DNA from: Chloroflexota bacterium
GTDB taxonomy: Bacteria > Chloroflexota > Dormibacteria > Dormibacterales > Dormibacteraceae
DNA: 64,000 nt
Assembly: GCA_005880945.1 (NCBI GenBank)
Contig: VBIU01000082.1
Location: forward strand, 1,505-65,504
Direction of reading: 5' to 3'
Shown: piece by piece, positions 53,791 through 63,271 of the stretch
Numbering within the stretch: position 1 is the stretch's first letter
Layout: each line of letters starts with the position of its first letter
The notes under the pieces: model-generated
What the model was told of the DNA's origin: nothing
The model's database searches: none
The model's input: the letters and a program-made list of their open reading frames with translations, nothing else
Position numbers and translations under genes: made by a program

Positions 53791-55142
53791 CAGCTCTCGG
53801 TCGACATGAAAACGTTCTTGACCTCGGAGTAGCCGTCCATCGCGTGCATGCCAAGCTCCCGTCCGAAGCCCGACTGCTTGAACCCACCGAACGGCGTGGT
53901 GACGCGCACGGAGCTGTTCGAGTTGATCGAGAGGACGCCCGTCTCGAGAGCTCGCGCCACCCTCAACGCCCGCGCACCGTCGCGCGTCCAGACGGACCCG
54001 GAAAGGCCGTAAGGCGTGTCGTTGGCGATGCTCACCGCCTCGGCTTCGTCGGCAAACGGGATGACCGCTGCGACCGGGCCGAAAACCTCCTCGCGGGCGA
54101 CCCGGTCCGTGTTGGTGGCGGCCACGAGAGTGGGCGGAAACCAGAAGCCGGCGCCGCCAGGCACGTTGCCGCGGAACAGCGGGGTGCCTTCGACGAACGC
54201 CGACACTTTCGCCCGGTGGTCTGCGGATATCAGAGGTCCCATCTCGGTGCCGGCGGCCTCCGGGTCGCCAACGCGCAAGCGGGCCGTCGCGTCGACGAGA
54301 AGCTTCAAGAAGCGGTCGTACACGGACTTCTGGACCAGGATGCGAGAGCGCGCGCAGCAGTCCTGTCCGGCATTGCCGAACACCGCGCCCGGCGCGGAAC
54401 CGGCTGCCCGCTCGAGGTCGGCGTCCTCGAAGATGATGTTGGCCGATTTGCCGCCGAGCTCGAGCGTCACCCGCTTTACGGTCTTGGCCGCGCCCTCCAT
54501 CACCTGGCGGCCAACCTCGGTCGAGCCGGTGAAGCCGATCTTGGCGACGTCGGGGTGCGCGATCAGCCGCTCGCCCACCACCGACCCTGGCCCGACCAGG
54601 ACATTGACCACCCCCTCCGGGATTCCTGCCTCGAGAGCCAGCTCGGCAAAGCGCAACGCCGTCAATGGCGTGAGCTCGGCAGGCTTGAGGACGACTGTGT
54701 TGCCGCACGCGAGCGAAGGCCCAAGCTTCCAGCTGGCCAGCATCAGTGGAAAGTTCCACGGCACGATCAGGCCGACGACGCCCAGCGGCTCCCGAAACGT
54801 CATGTCCACGCCGCCCGCGACGGGGATCGTTTCGCCGTAGTGCTTCTCGACCGCTCCCGCGTAGAAATGGAAGACGTCGGCGACCATGCCCATCTCCCAC
54901 CGCGAGTCGCCGAGCGGCTTGCCGACGTTCGCCGTCTCCAGGTGCGCGAGCCCCTCGGCATGCTCCTCAACGAGCGCTGCCACCCGACGCAGCAAGCGCG
55001 CCCGGTCGGCGGGCTTGATCGCGCGCCAGGCGGGGTATGCGGCGCGAGCGGCTGCCACGGCTCGATCCGTTTCCTCGACTCCCGCCCGCTCGAGTTGGGC
55101 GATTGGCTTCTCGGTCGCGGGGTTGAGAACCTCTAGAGCCAC
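53790..55142 (-). CDS. aldehyde dehydrogenase
   Basis: PWNFP, FTGS, LELGGKS, GQDCC, EEVFGP. Confidence 0.93.
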   Translation of the reverse strand: MALEVLNPATEKPIAQLERAGVEETDRAVAAARAAYPAWRAIKPADRARLLRRVAALVEEHAEGLAHLETANVGKPLGDSRWEMGMVADVFHFYAGAVEKHYGETIPVAGGVDMTFREPLGVVGLIVPWNFPLMLASWKLGPSLACGNTVVLKPAELTPLTALRFAELALEAGIPEGVVNVLVGPGSVVGERLIAHPDVAKIGFTGSTEVGRQVMEGAAKTVKRVTLELGGKSANIIFEDADLERAAGSAPGAVFGNAGQDCCARSRILVQKSVYDRFLKLLVDATARLRVGDPEAAGTEMGPLISADHRAKVSAFVEGTPLFRGNVPGGAGFWFPPTLVAATNTDRVAREEVFGPVAAVIPFADEAEAVSIANDTPYGLSGSVWTRDGARALRVARALETGVLSINSNSSVRVTTPFGGFKQSGFGRELGMHAMDGYSEVKNVFMSTES

Positions 55143-55148
55143 AGCGGG

Positions 55149-56483
55149 CTAACCGCGCTCGAAGAGCCGCTCGCGCTCGTAGCCTGTCACGACCTTGTCG
55201 AACTGCGACTGCTCAGTCCGCGCGTAGTTGAGATAGTGGTCGACGACCTCGTCGCCAAAAGCCTTTCGCGCCATCTTTCCTTCCTCCAGGGCGGCAATGG
55301 CGTCGCGCAGCGCATGAGGGAATCTCTGGACGTCAGATTCGTATGCATTGCCCTGGAACGCCGGCCCGAGCTCGAGCTTCTGCTCGATGCCGTGGAGCCC
55401 GGCGGCGATCAGGGCGGCGATCGCCAGGTACGGGTTCACGTCAGCTCCCGGGATCCGCGATTCGGTGCGCAGATGCTGGCCGTGACCGACGATCCGAAAT
55501 CCGCACGTCCTGTTGTCATGGCCCCAGGCGAGCGTCGTCGGCGCCCACGACGCCGCCGCGTATCGCTTGTACGAGTTGATGTTGGGCGCCAGGAAGATCG
55601 CGATCTCGGCCGCGCACGCGATGTGACCGGCCAGGTATCTCCTGAACGTGTCCGACTCGCCATCGAACGTGTTGCGGCCGTCCTTCCATAGGCTCGAGTG
55701 CACGTGGCACGAGCTGCCGATCCAGCGATGGTCGGGTTTGGCCATGAACGTCACGGAGCACCCATTCTGGTTGGCCATCTCCTTGATGCCGTTCTTGTAG
55801 ATGACGTGGTTATCGGCCATCGTCAACGCGTCGGAGAAATGGAAGTTGATCTCTTGCTGTCCAGGCCATGCCTCGCCTTTGGAGCTCTCGACTTTGATGC
55901 CTGCTTCCTTCATGCCTTTGCGAACGGCGCGGATGAACGGCTCGTCATAGCTGGTCGCGAGCACGTGGTAGTCGAGGATGTACGGGACCGATGGCGTGAG
56001 GTCCGTGTAGTTCTTGGAGTGCGCTTGCGCGAACGTCTCTTTCATGAGGTAGAACTCGAGCTCGGTGCCGAACATCGGCTCGAAGCCCATCGCCTTCGCT
56101 CGATCGATCTGTGCCCTGAGCACCTGGCGCGGTGAAGCCTTGACCGGCGAGCGGTCGTGCCAGGCGACGTCGCTCAACACGAGCGCAGTCCCCTCCAGCC
56201 AGGGGATCCGGCGCAGAGTCGCGAAGTCGGGGATCATGTCGAAGTCGCCGTACCCGCTTTCCCAGTTCGCCATCGCGTAGCCGGGCACGGGGTCCATGTC
56301 CATGTCGACGGCGAGCAGGTAGTTGCATCCCTCGACCGCCTCACCGTGCGCTGCCGACTCCATGAAGTACTCGGCGTCCACCCGCTTGCCCATGAGGCGG
56401 CCCTGCATGTCGGTGAAGGCGACGACGACGGTGTCGATGTCCCCCTTCTTCACAGCAGCCCCAAGCTGCTCCTTGGTCAACAA
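55149..56483 (-). CDS. glutamine synthetase-like gamma-glutamyl-amine ligase (GlnA4/PuuA-like)
   Basis: DMQGRLMGKR, GTELEF, GQQEIN, FMAKP, GSSCHVH, NRTCGFR. Confidence 0.88.
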   Translation of the reverse strand: MLTKEQLGAAVKKGDIDTVVVAFTDMQGRLMGKRVDAEYFMESAAHGEAVEGCNYLLAVDMDMDPVPGYAMANWESGYGDFDMIPDFATLRRIPWLEGTALVLSDVAWHDRSPVKASPRQVLRAQIDRAKAMGFEPMFGTELEFYLMKETFAQAHSKNYTDLTPSVPYILDYHVLATSYDEPFIRAVRKGMKEAGIKVESSKGEAWPGQQEINFHFSDALTMADNHVIYKNGIKEMANQNGCSVTFMAKPDHRWIGSSCHVHSSLWKDGRNTFDGESDTFRRYLAGHIACAAEIAIFLAPNINSYKRYAAASWAPTTLAWGHDNRTCGFRIVGHGQHLRTESRIPGADVNPYLAIAALIAAGLHGIEQKLELGPAFQGNAYESDVQRFPHALRDAIAALEEGKMARKAFGDEVVDHYLNYARTEQSQFDKVVTGYERERLFERG

Positions 56484-56503
56484 CCGATCACCAAGGCATT
56501 ACT

Positions 56504-56594
56504 CCCTCTCCATTTGAGGGGAGAGGGTCGGGGAGCGGAGCGTTAATAGGTGAAACCCTCTCCCCTTCGGGGAGAGGGGTCGGGGAGCGGGGCG
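56504..56594 (+). repeat. two tandem REP-like palindromic elements
   Basis: CCCTCTCC...GGAGAGGG(G)TCGGGGAGCGG at 56504-56542 and 56556-56594. Confidence 0.75.
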
Positions 56595-56610
56595 TGAGCT
56601 GGTACATCCG

Positions 56611-57282
56611 CTACCGGCGCCGTGCCCGGGCGACGAAACGCTCGAACAGCTTCGATGCCCAGGGCAAGTCTGCGGTGAGCTCCTCGGGGTGGCACTGCAC
56701 GGCGACGATCAGCCCGTCGTCCGACTCGAGGCCTTCGACGGTGCCGTCCTCGCCGGTCGCCGTCTGACGCAGCCCCAGCGCCACGGATCGAACCGCCTGG
56801 TGGTGCAGGCTGTTGACTTGAATCTCGCGCCCTTCGACAGCACGGCCGAGCTCAGAGGCAGGGTCGACAGACGCCCTGTGCGCCAGGTGGCTTCTGCCGT
56901 ACGCGCGAACCTCGTGGCCCTCGAGGTGCTGGAGAAGGGTTCCGCCCATCGCCACGTTGATCACCTGCTGGCCGCGGCAGATTCCGAGGACCGGGATCTG
57001 CTTTTGGCGCGCATCTTTGAAGAGCCGTATCTCTGTCTCGTCCAGCTCCGGATCGATGTCCCCCAACTTGGCGTCGGGCTTCTCGCCGTAGAGGGCCGGG
57101 TCCACATCCCACCCGCCAGGCAGGAGCAAACCGTCGAGGTGATCCAGGGTGCGGGTCCCGGGCGGGAGATAGACGGCCTCGGCGCCGGCCGCCTCCACCG
57201 CGCGGCCGTACGTCAAGTAGTAGTCGTCCCCCCGCTTCGGGCTGGTCGTAACTCCGATCTTCGGCCGGTTTCGGTCCACCAC
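56611..57282 (-). CDS. PuuD-like gamma-glutamyl amide hydrolase (class I GATase, C26)
   Basis: PGGWDVDP, GICRG, NSLHHQ, QCHPE. Confidence 0.9.
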   Translation of the reverse strand: MVDRNRPKIGVTTSPKRGDDYYLTYGRAVEAAGAEAVYLPPGTRTLDHLDGLLLPGGWDVDPALYGEKPDAKLGDIDPELDETEIRLFKDARQKQIPVLGICRGQQVINVAMGGTLLQHLEGHEVRAYGRSHLAHRASVDPASELGRAVEGREIQVNSLHHQAVRSVALGLRQTATGEDGTVEGLESDDGLIVAVQCHPEELTADLPWASKLFERFVARARRR

Positions 57283-57326
57283 AGCTTCGTGCTCATGATG
57301 GACCGAACCGGTTGTTGTCCGTCTCG

Positions 57327-58880
57327 TCAGGCTTTGATCTCGGCCACGTGCGTGGTGCCGTAGCCCTCTGTCTCCGGGTGCCCGTGCTCGCCCAGGGTGA
57401 GTGCGAACTCCTCTTCAGGCGAAAGCACGAGACGGTTCCGTCCCACCAACGCGAAATAGATGATTCCGATCACGAAGTAGACGAGCGTGCCGACCACGCC
57501 GGGTCGATAGGCCTCGTTCGCGTACAGCGAGATCAGCGAGATGACGGCGATTACGCCGGCAATGCCCGCGCCCCATTGGCCGATTGGGCTGCGGTACGGT
57601 CGGTTGATATTCGGCAGCCGGCGGCGCAGGAGGATAAAGGACAGACACTGCATGGCGTACGAGATCACTGCCCCGAACACCGCCATGTACAGGAGCGCGC
57701 CGACGATCTGGCCGGCCACCAGGCCGCCCGCCAACCCCAGCTGGTAGACGAGGATCGCGAGCGCGAGGCCCACAACGCCGCCCGCGATCAGGGCTATGTG
57801 GGGAGTCTTCAGCTTGGGATGAGTGAGCGACAGGAAGTGCGGAAAGTACCCCGCCCTGGACAGCGAGTAGGTGTTGCGGCCGTACGCATAGATGATCGTG
57901 AAGAAGCTGGCGATCAGCCCGACCAGGCCGATCAAAGCCAGGACGGCGGCTCCGGCGGTGTCGCCGAAAACAGCCTTGAACCCGTCGAATAGCGGTGTTC
58001 CCGATGTGCCAAGGGCCTTCGCGCCGCCACCGACCGCGGGGTTCAATAGGAATATGAGCGCGCCGGTGATGACCAGTGTCGTGATGCCCCAGAGGGTCGC
58101 TCGTGGGATGTCTTTCTTCGGATCGTGCGACTCCTCGGCCGCCAGCGGCAGCTCCTCGATGGCGAGATAGAACCAGATCGCAAACGGGATCGCAGGGAAG
58201 ATGCCGGCGATGCCGTGAGGGAGGAAGCTCGTCTGGCCGGCGTCCGGCGGGATGTTGAAAAGCAGGTTGAAGTCCAGCTTCCCAGAAAAGATGACCGAGA
58301 GGAAAAAGATGGCAAGGATGCCAAGCGCGAGCGCGTTGATCACCACTGTGAACCGCATGGTGGCTACGATGCCGCGGATGTTGATGGCCACGAAAACGAT
58401 GTAGAAGACGATGAACCAGGTCACGGGGCTGTTCCACCAGGGGTCGCCCTTCACGCTGAACAGCGACTGAACGATCGCCTGCATCAACAGGCCCATGGCG
58501 CCGACCACCACCGCCGGGGTGATGACGTACTCCATGTTCTCCGCCAACCCGGTGATGAACCCACCCCACGGTCCCATGGCGGAACGCGCGAATGAGTAGG
58601 CTCCGCCGGTGTGAGGCAGGGCCGGGGACATCTCGGCGATGCTGAAGCAGAGGCCGTAGTACATGACCACGATCACGATGTTCGCGATCAAAAGTCCTCC
58701 GAACCCCCCAGCGCCCAGGCCGAGGTTCCAGCCGTAGAAGTCGCCTGAGATGACAGCGGCGACCCCCAGAGACCACAGCGACCAGAACGCCGCATGTCGC
58801 TTCAGGCTTCGCTTGGCGAAGTACCCGACCCCAGCTTCCTGGTAAGCAACTGACCCGACCTTACGTCGATCCTGAGCCAA
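57327..58880 (-). CDS. ethanolamine permease-like APC transporter
   Basis: VISGDFYGWN, PHTGGAYSFAR, AIWFYLAIE, AAEES. Confidence 0.85.
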   Translation of the reverse strand: MAQDRRKVGSVAYQEAGVGYFAKRSLKRHAAFWSLWSLGVAAVISGDFYGWNLGLGAGGFGGLLIANIVIVVMYYGLCFSIAEMSPALPHTGGAYSFARSAMGPWGGFITGLAENMEYVITPAVVVGAMGLLMQAIVQSLFSVKGDPWWNSPVTWFIVFYIVFVAINIRGIVATMRFTVVINALALGILAIFFLSVIFSGKLDFNLLFNIPPDAGQTSFLPHGIAGIFPAIPFAIWFYLAIEELPLAAEESHDPKKDIPRATLWGITTLVITGALIFLLNPAVGGGAKALGTSGTPLFDGFKAVFGDTAGAAVLALIGLVGLIASFFTIIYAYGRNTYSLSRAGYFPHFLSLTHPKLKTPHIALIAGGVVGLALAILVYQLGLAGGLVAGQIVGALLYMAVFGAVISYAMQCLSFILLRRRLPNINRPYRSPIGQWGAGIAGVIAVISLISLYANEAYRPGVVGTLVYFVIGIIYFALVGRNRLVLSPEEEFALTLGEHGHPETEGYGTTHVAEIKA

Positions 58881-58927
58881 GGCGATACCCCCTTTCGTGG
58901 TTGCCGGTGGCGGCCCAGCGGTCCTAG

Positions 58928-59091
58928 AAGTTGTCTGACTGCCGGTCGCTTGCGGGTATGCTAAGCGAGCGCCGGGGGCAAGTCAAGATCGGCTCCTTGG
59001 TGCCGCAAACGGCGACGTCCGACGAGCGGCTGCGCCGCCAAACTAAAGTCCGGGAAACCTGCTTGACGGGGAAAGTTGTCTGACAAATACT
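58928..59091. promoter_or_regulatory. divergent promoters, each with a putative GntR operator
   Basis: AAGTTGTCTGAC at 58928-58939 and 59073-59084; minus TTGACT-17-TAGCAT (58986-58958); plus TTGACG-17-AATACT (59063-59091). Confidence 0.7.
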
Positions 59092-59098
59092 ACTGGCG

Positions 59099-59863
59099 AT
59101 GTCTGGTGATAGGCCGGTGAAGACACGCGCGCGGCCGCGCAGCGTCTCCGTGCGTGACGAGCTGACCGACCGCATCGACCGCGGTTTGCTGACCGCAGGG
59201 ACCCGGCTGCCCTCCGAGCCCGCGCTCGCCACCGAGCTCGGAGTCTCGAGGGCGACCCTCCGCGAAGCGCTCCGAACGCTGGAGGGCGAAGGCCTCGTGC
59301 GACGCATGTGGGGCTCGGGAACCTATGTCGCGCAGGGTCCCCGCGTCGCGAACAGCCTCGATGTGAACTTTGGTGTGACCGATGCCATTCGCGCGGCCGG
59401 TATGCAGGCCGGGACCGAGCAGGCTCGATACTGGTTCGAGCCCGCTTCCGCCGGCGAGGCGGCTCAGCTGAAGCTGCAGCCGGGTCAGGACGTGCTCGTG
59501 GTCGAACGGGTTCGGACTGCTGACGGCAAGCCGGTTGTGCTTTCACGCGACATCCTCCCGGCGCGCCTGCTGGCGCATCATCCAGAGGTCGCCGACCGGA
59601 TGCTCCAGCGCTCGATGTATGAGGTCCTCGAGCAAGAGCTTGGAGTCGTCATCCACCACGGCATCGCCACCTTCCGCCCGGTGCGCGCCGACATCACTGT
59701 CGCCCGGATGCTGGGCATTCCCCGTGGCGAGCTCCTGCTTGCCATCTGGCAGGTCGACTACGCCGAGGACGATGTCGCTGTCGTTTCTTCGCACGAATAT
59801 CACCTCGCCGAGGCATTCGATTTCACTGTGCTTAGGCGCGGACCTGGAAGGAGGTTGCAATGA
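59099..59863 (+). CDS. GntR (HutC/UTRA) transcriptional regulator
   Basis: LPSEPALATELGVSRATLREAL, GSGTYV, UTRA-like ERVRTADGKP. Confidence 0.92.
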   Translation: MSGDRPVKTRARPRSVSVRDELTDRIDRGLLTAGTRLPSEPALATELGVSRATLREALRTLEGEGLVRRMWGSGTYVAQGPRVANSLDVNFGVTDAIRAAGMQAGTEQARYWFEPASAGEAAQLKLQPGQDVLVVERVRTADGKPVVLSRDILPARLLAHHPEVADRMLQRSMYEVLEQELGVVIHHGIATFRPVRADITVARMLGIPRGELLLAIWQVDYAEDDVAVVSSHEYHLAEAFDFTVLRRGPGRRLQ

Positions 59864-60702
59864 GCGCACAGGTTGGCAAGTCGATGCGACTGAAGCGCGT
59901 GATCGATCCCGCCGGCGTCTCGGTCATCTGCGCGCTGGATCATGGGATGACCTCGCCGACCTTTCTCGAGCCACTTTCAGACATCTCTGCGCGGACTGCA
60001 GAGGCAGTGGCCGGGGGCGCGAACGTGATCATGATGTCGAAGGGCATGATCCGGATCGCCGAGCCCGCCTTTTCCCCGACAACATCGCTGGCGCTTCTTC
60101 TGTCGGCTTCCGCCAACCCTGAGCAGGGCCAACCCCAGGTGATACAGATCGCGGAGGTCGAGGAAGCCGCTCGACTTGGCGCGGACGCCGTCGTGCTCTT
60201 CACCGCGCTCGCGGGCGAGACGGAGGCGGGCATGATCCGGACCCTGGCGGGCGTGGGCAGGGAGTGTGCTGTCCTCGGCATTCCGTTTATCGCCGAGGCC
60301 GAGTTCCCGACGACCTACGCATCGGTCAGCGATCTCAGGGACCAGTACGGTTTCGAATACCTGCGCCGCAACGTGCGGCTGTGCGGTGAGCTTGGCGCCG
60401 ACATCATCAAGACCAACTGGCCCGGCGATGAGGAGTCGTTCGGAAAACTGGTGGAGGCCGCCAACGGCCTACCAGTCGTGCTGGCGGGTGGTTCGCGCCT
60501 CGAGGACGGAGAGCTGCTTCAGCGTATGGAGCACGCCATGGCCGCCGGCGCGATCGGATGCTCAGTGGGTCGCAACATCTTCATGCACAAATCTCCCGAG
60601 GCCATTACGCGAGCGCTGTCTCGCGTGATCCGGGAGCGCTGGAAAGCGATGAAAGCGCTCGATGCGCTGCACAAAGAGCTGGGCGCGGGGGCCGTGCGGT
60701 GA
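59860..60702 (+). CDS. class I aldolase, DhnA/LsrF-like
   Basis: ALDHG, LGADIIKT Schiff-base Lys, VLAGG, VGRNIF. Confidence 0.85.
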   Translation: MSAQVGKSMRLKRVIDPAGVSVICALDHGMTSPTFLEPLSDISARTAEAVAGGANVIMMSKGMIRIAEPAFSPTTSLALLLSASANPEQGQPQVIQIAEVEEAARLGADAVVLFTALAGETEAGMIRTLAGVGRECAVLGIPFIAEAEFPTTYASVSDLRDQYGFEYLRRNVRLCGELGADIIKTNWPGDEESFGKLVEAANGLPVVLAGGSRLEDGELLQRMEHAMAAGAIGCSVGRNIFMHKSPEAITRALSRVIRERWKAMKALDALHKELGAGAVR

Positions 60703-61751
60703 GGGCGGCATTCATGACCGCGGTCGACGCGGTCGAGATCCGCAAGGCGCCTGAACCGAAAGTCGATCCCGAGGGGGCGATCCTGCGGATCGAGGCTTGC
60801 GGCATCTGCGGCACCGACGCGCGGACCTTCTTCAACGGCGACCCGAAAGCGCCTGCGCCATGGATCCTCGGCCACGAGCCGGTTGGTGTGCTGGAGGAGG
60901 TGGGGCGCGACGCGCTGCTCCCGCCCGGCGTCAGGAAAGGCGACCGCGTGTTTCTCGGGTCCATCCTCACATGCGGCCGCTGCCACTGGTGCATGGACGG
61001 ATACCAGAACCTCTGCGACGAGCATCTCCTCTACGGCTACGACCCGTTCCCCGGCGCATACGCCGAGTACGCGGCGGTGCCGCCGATCGCCATGAAGAAC
61101 TTGATTCCGCTGCCTCCGGACCTGCCGTCCGACCTCGCGACGGTCGCCGACCCGTTCGCATGCGCCCTGAACGGAATCGAGGTGCTCGACATCCGCATCG
61201 GGGACACGGTCGTGATCATCGGCTCCGGCCCCATCGGCTGTTGGCAGGCGGTGATGGCTCGCGACTGCGGCGCCGGAAAAGTGTTCCTGACGGACGTGAA
61301 CCGCCAGCGCCTCGACATCGCGCTGGGCGCGGTCGGCGCGTTCGTCGACGACGCGTGGGTCGCCGCCGCCGACAACGGCGTGGCGCAGGCCCTCGAGCAC
61401 ACCGGCGGGAAAGGCCCCGAGCGGATCATCGTCGCCGCGCCTTCGAAGCAGGCGCAGCAGGCCGCGCTCGAGATGGCGGCCAAACGCGCACGCGTCGTGT
61501 ACTTCGCGGGACTGCCGAAGCACGATCCGGTAAGCCCGCTCGACATGAACCAGCTGCACTACAAGGAGCTCTCAATCCTTGGCGCGTACGGCGCCACGCA
61601 CCGGCAGTACCGGCTCACGATGGACTACCTGGAGCGGCGCCGCGATGAGCTGGCCGCGGTGGTGACGCACAGGTTCCCGCTGGAGAAGATCGGCGAAGCC
61701 TTCGAGACCATCCGGTCCGGCTCAGGGCTGAAGATGGTCGTCATTCCTTGA
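60699..61751 (+). CDS. zinc-dependent polyol/alcohol dehydrogenase
   Basis: CGICGTD, GHE, CGRCHWC...C, GSGPIG. Confidence 0.88.
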   Translation: MRAAFMTAVDAVEIRKAPEPKVDPEGAILRIEACGICGTDARTFFNGDPKAPAPWILGHEPVGVLEEVGRDALLPPGVRKGDRVFLGSILTCGRCHWCMDGYQNLCDEHLLYGYDPFPGAYAEYAAVPPIAMKNLIPLPPDLPSDLATVADPFACALNGIEVLDIRIGDTVVIIGSGPIGCWQAVMARDCGAGKVFLTDVNRQRLDIALGAVGAFVDDAWVAAADNGVAQALEHTGGKGPERIIVAAPSKQAQQAALEMAAKRARVVYFAGLPKHDPVSPLDMNQLHYKELSILGAYGATHRQYRLTMDYLERRRDELAAVVTHRFPLEKIGEAFETIRSGSGLKMVVIP

Positions 61752-63271
61752 CGGGACCGTATGTGATCGGCTGCGATGTCGGCAGCCAGGGCACGAACAC
61801 CGCCCTCTATTCCGTCGATGGAAAGCTGGTGGCGTCGGCGTACGAGGGCTACGACGTGTCATTTCCGCAGCCGGGTTGGGCCGAGCAGGACCCGCATGCC
61901 TGGACAGGCGCCCTGCATTCGACGATTGCGCGGGTTCTCGGGGAGGTGCCGGAAGGCCCGTCCGCGGTGAAAGCCCTGTCGTTCGGCTCCCAGCTCGATG
62001 GCATGGTCGCGTGCGACGCGAAGGGCAAGCCGCTGCGGCCCGCGATGATCTGGATGGACCGCCGGGCGGAATCGCAAGCGGCCGCGCTGGCCCAACAGGT
62101 GTCGCGAAAGGACTTCTACCACCACGTCGGCGCGAACCTGGACTCGTCGCACGCGGTTTTCAAAGCGTTGTGGATTCGCGACGAGGAGCCGGAAATCTTC
62201 GCGAAGTCTGCCAAGCTCATGTCACCCGGGGCGTACGTGCTGTTGGAAGCATCCGGGGTGGTCGCCGTCGACTACTCCAACGCCTCGTCGCTGGCGCTCC
62301 TCGACCCGCGAACTCGATCGTGGTCCCAGCCAATCCTCGACGCGGCAGGTATTAAGTCCCGCATGCTGCCCGAGCTGGCGGCGGGTACCCAGGCTGTGGG
62401 CAAAGTCACCAAATCATTCGCTGCCTCGACGGGCCTTTCTCCGGACACCATTGTTGTGGTCGGGTGCGGAGACGAGATGGCCGCCACCCTTGGCGCCGGG
62501 GTTTTCGCGCCTGGCGAGGTGTGCGACGTGGTGGGCACGGCCGAGCCGGTATGCGCAGTGTCCGCCGGACCGCGAGAGGACCCGACGATGCTTGTCGAAT
62601 GCCACCCGCACGCCGACCCCGACACCTGGTTGCTCGAGAATCCCGGGTTTGTCTCGGGCGGCAACCTGAGGTGGTGGCGTGATCAGTTCTGCCCCGAGGA
62701 ACGCGCCGCCGAGGCGCGTGGGGAGGGCGACGCGTATGACGCGCTCACCGGGCCCGCCGCGGATGTCGACGCGGGCGCCGAGGGCCTCGTGTTCCTGCCG
62801 TGCATGCAGGGCGCGATGGCGCCGGAATGGAATGGGGCAGCGCGAGGCGTCTTCTACGGCCTGAGCCTCGCCCACACTCGGGCGCATCTGACCCGGGCCG
62901 TCCTCGAAGGCAGCGCCTTCGCGCTTCGCGACATCCTGGAGGCGATGCGAAGCGCAGGCCTCGAGGTGCGCCGTCTCACGATCGTCGGCGGCGGCGCCAA
63001 AGGGGCGCTGTGGCGGCAGATCAAAGCGGACGTGACCGGCCTGCCTGTGCGAGTTCCAATGAGCGTGGAGACCACAGCCACCGGGGCGGCCACGCTTGCG
63101 GCGGTCGGGGCGGGACTATATGACGATGTGGCGAGCGCTGCCGGCGCCTTCGTCGCATACCGCCCCGACGAGCACCAACCTGATCCCGAGCGCCGCGAGA
63201 TCTACGACGAGGCGTACGGTCGATACCGGGATGTGTACTACGCGCTCAAGCCGGTGTTCGAGCGGGTCTGA
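61748..63271 (+). CDS. FGGY carbohydrate kinase, xylulokinase-like
   Basis: GCDVGSQG, WAEQDP, WMDRRA, GCGD, RAVLEG. Confidence 0.88.
   Translation: MTGPYVIGCDVGSQGTNTALYSVDGKLVASAYEGYDVSFPQPGWAEQDPHAWTGALHSTIARVLGEVPEGPSAVKALSFGSQLDGMVACDAKGKPLRPAMIWMDRRAESQAAALAQQVSRKDFYHHVGANLDSSHAVFKALWIRDEEPEIFAKSAKLMSPGAYVLLEASGVVAVDYSNASSLALLDPRTRSWSQPILDAAGIKSRMLPELAAGTQAVGKVTKSFAASTGLSPDTIVVVGCGDEMAATLGAGVFAPGEVCDVVGTAEPVCAVSAGPREDPTMLVECHPHADPDTWLLENPGFVSGGNLRWWRDQFCPEERAAEARGEGDAYDALTGPAADVDAGAEGLVFLPCMQGAMAPEWNGAARGVFYGLSLAHTRAHLTRAVLEGSAFALRDILEAMRSAGLEVRRLTIVGGGAKGALWRQIKADVTGLPVRVPMSVETTATGAATLAAVGAGLYDDVASAAGAFVAYRPDEHQPDPERREIYDEAYGRYRDVYYALKPVFERV

Noticed and set aside
53023..54900. 625-aa ALDH-SDR fusion suggested by the ORF track
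   Set aside because: The N-terminal part is an off-frame read of the ALDH gene; the SDR starts at 53790.
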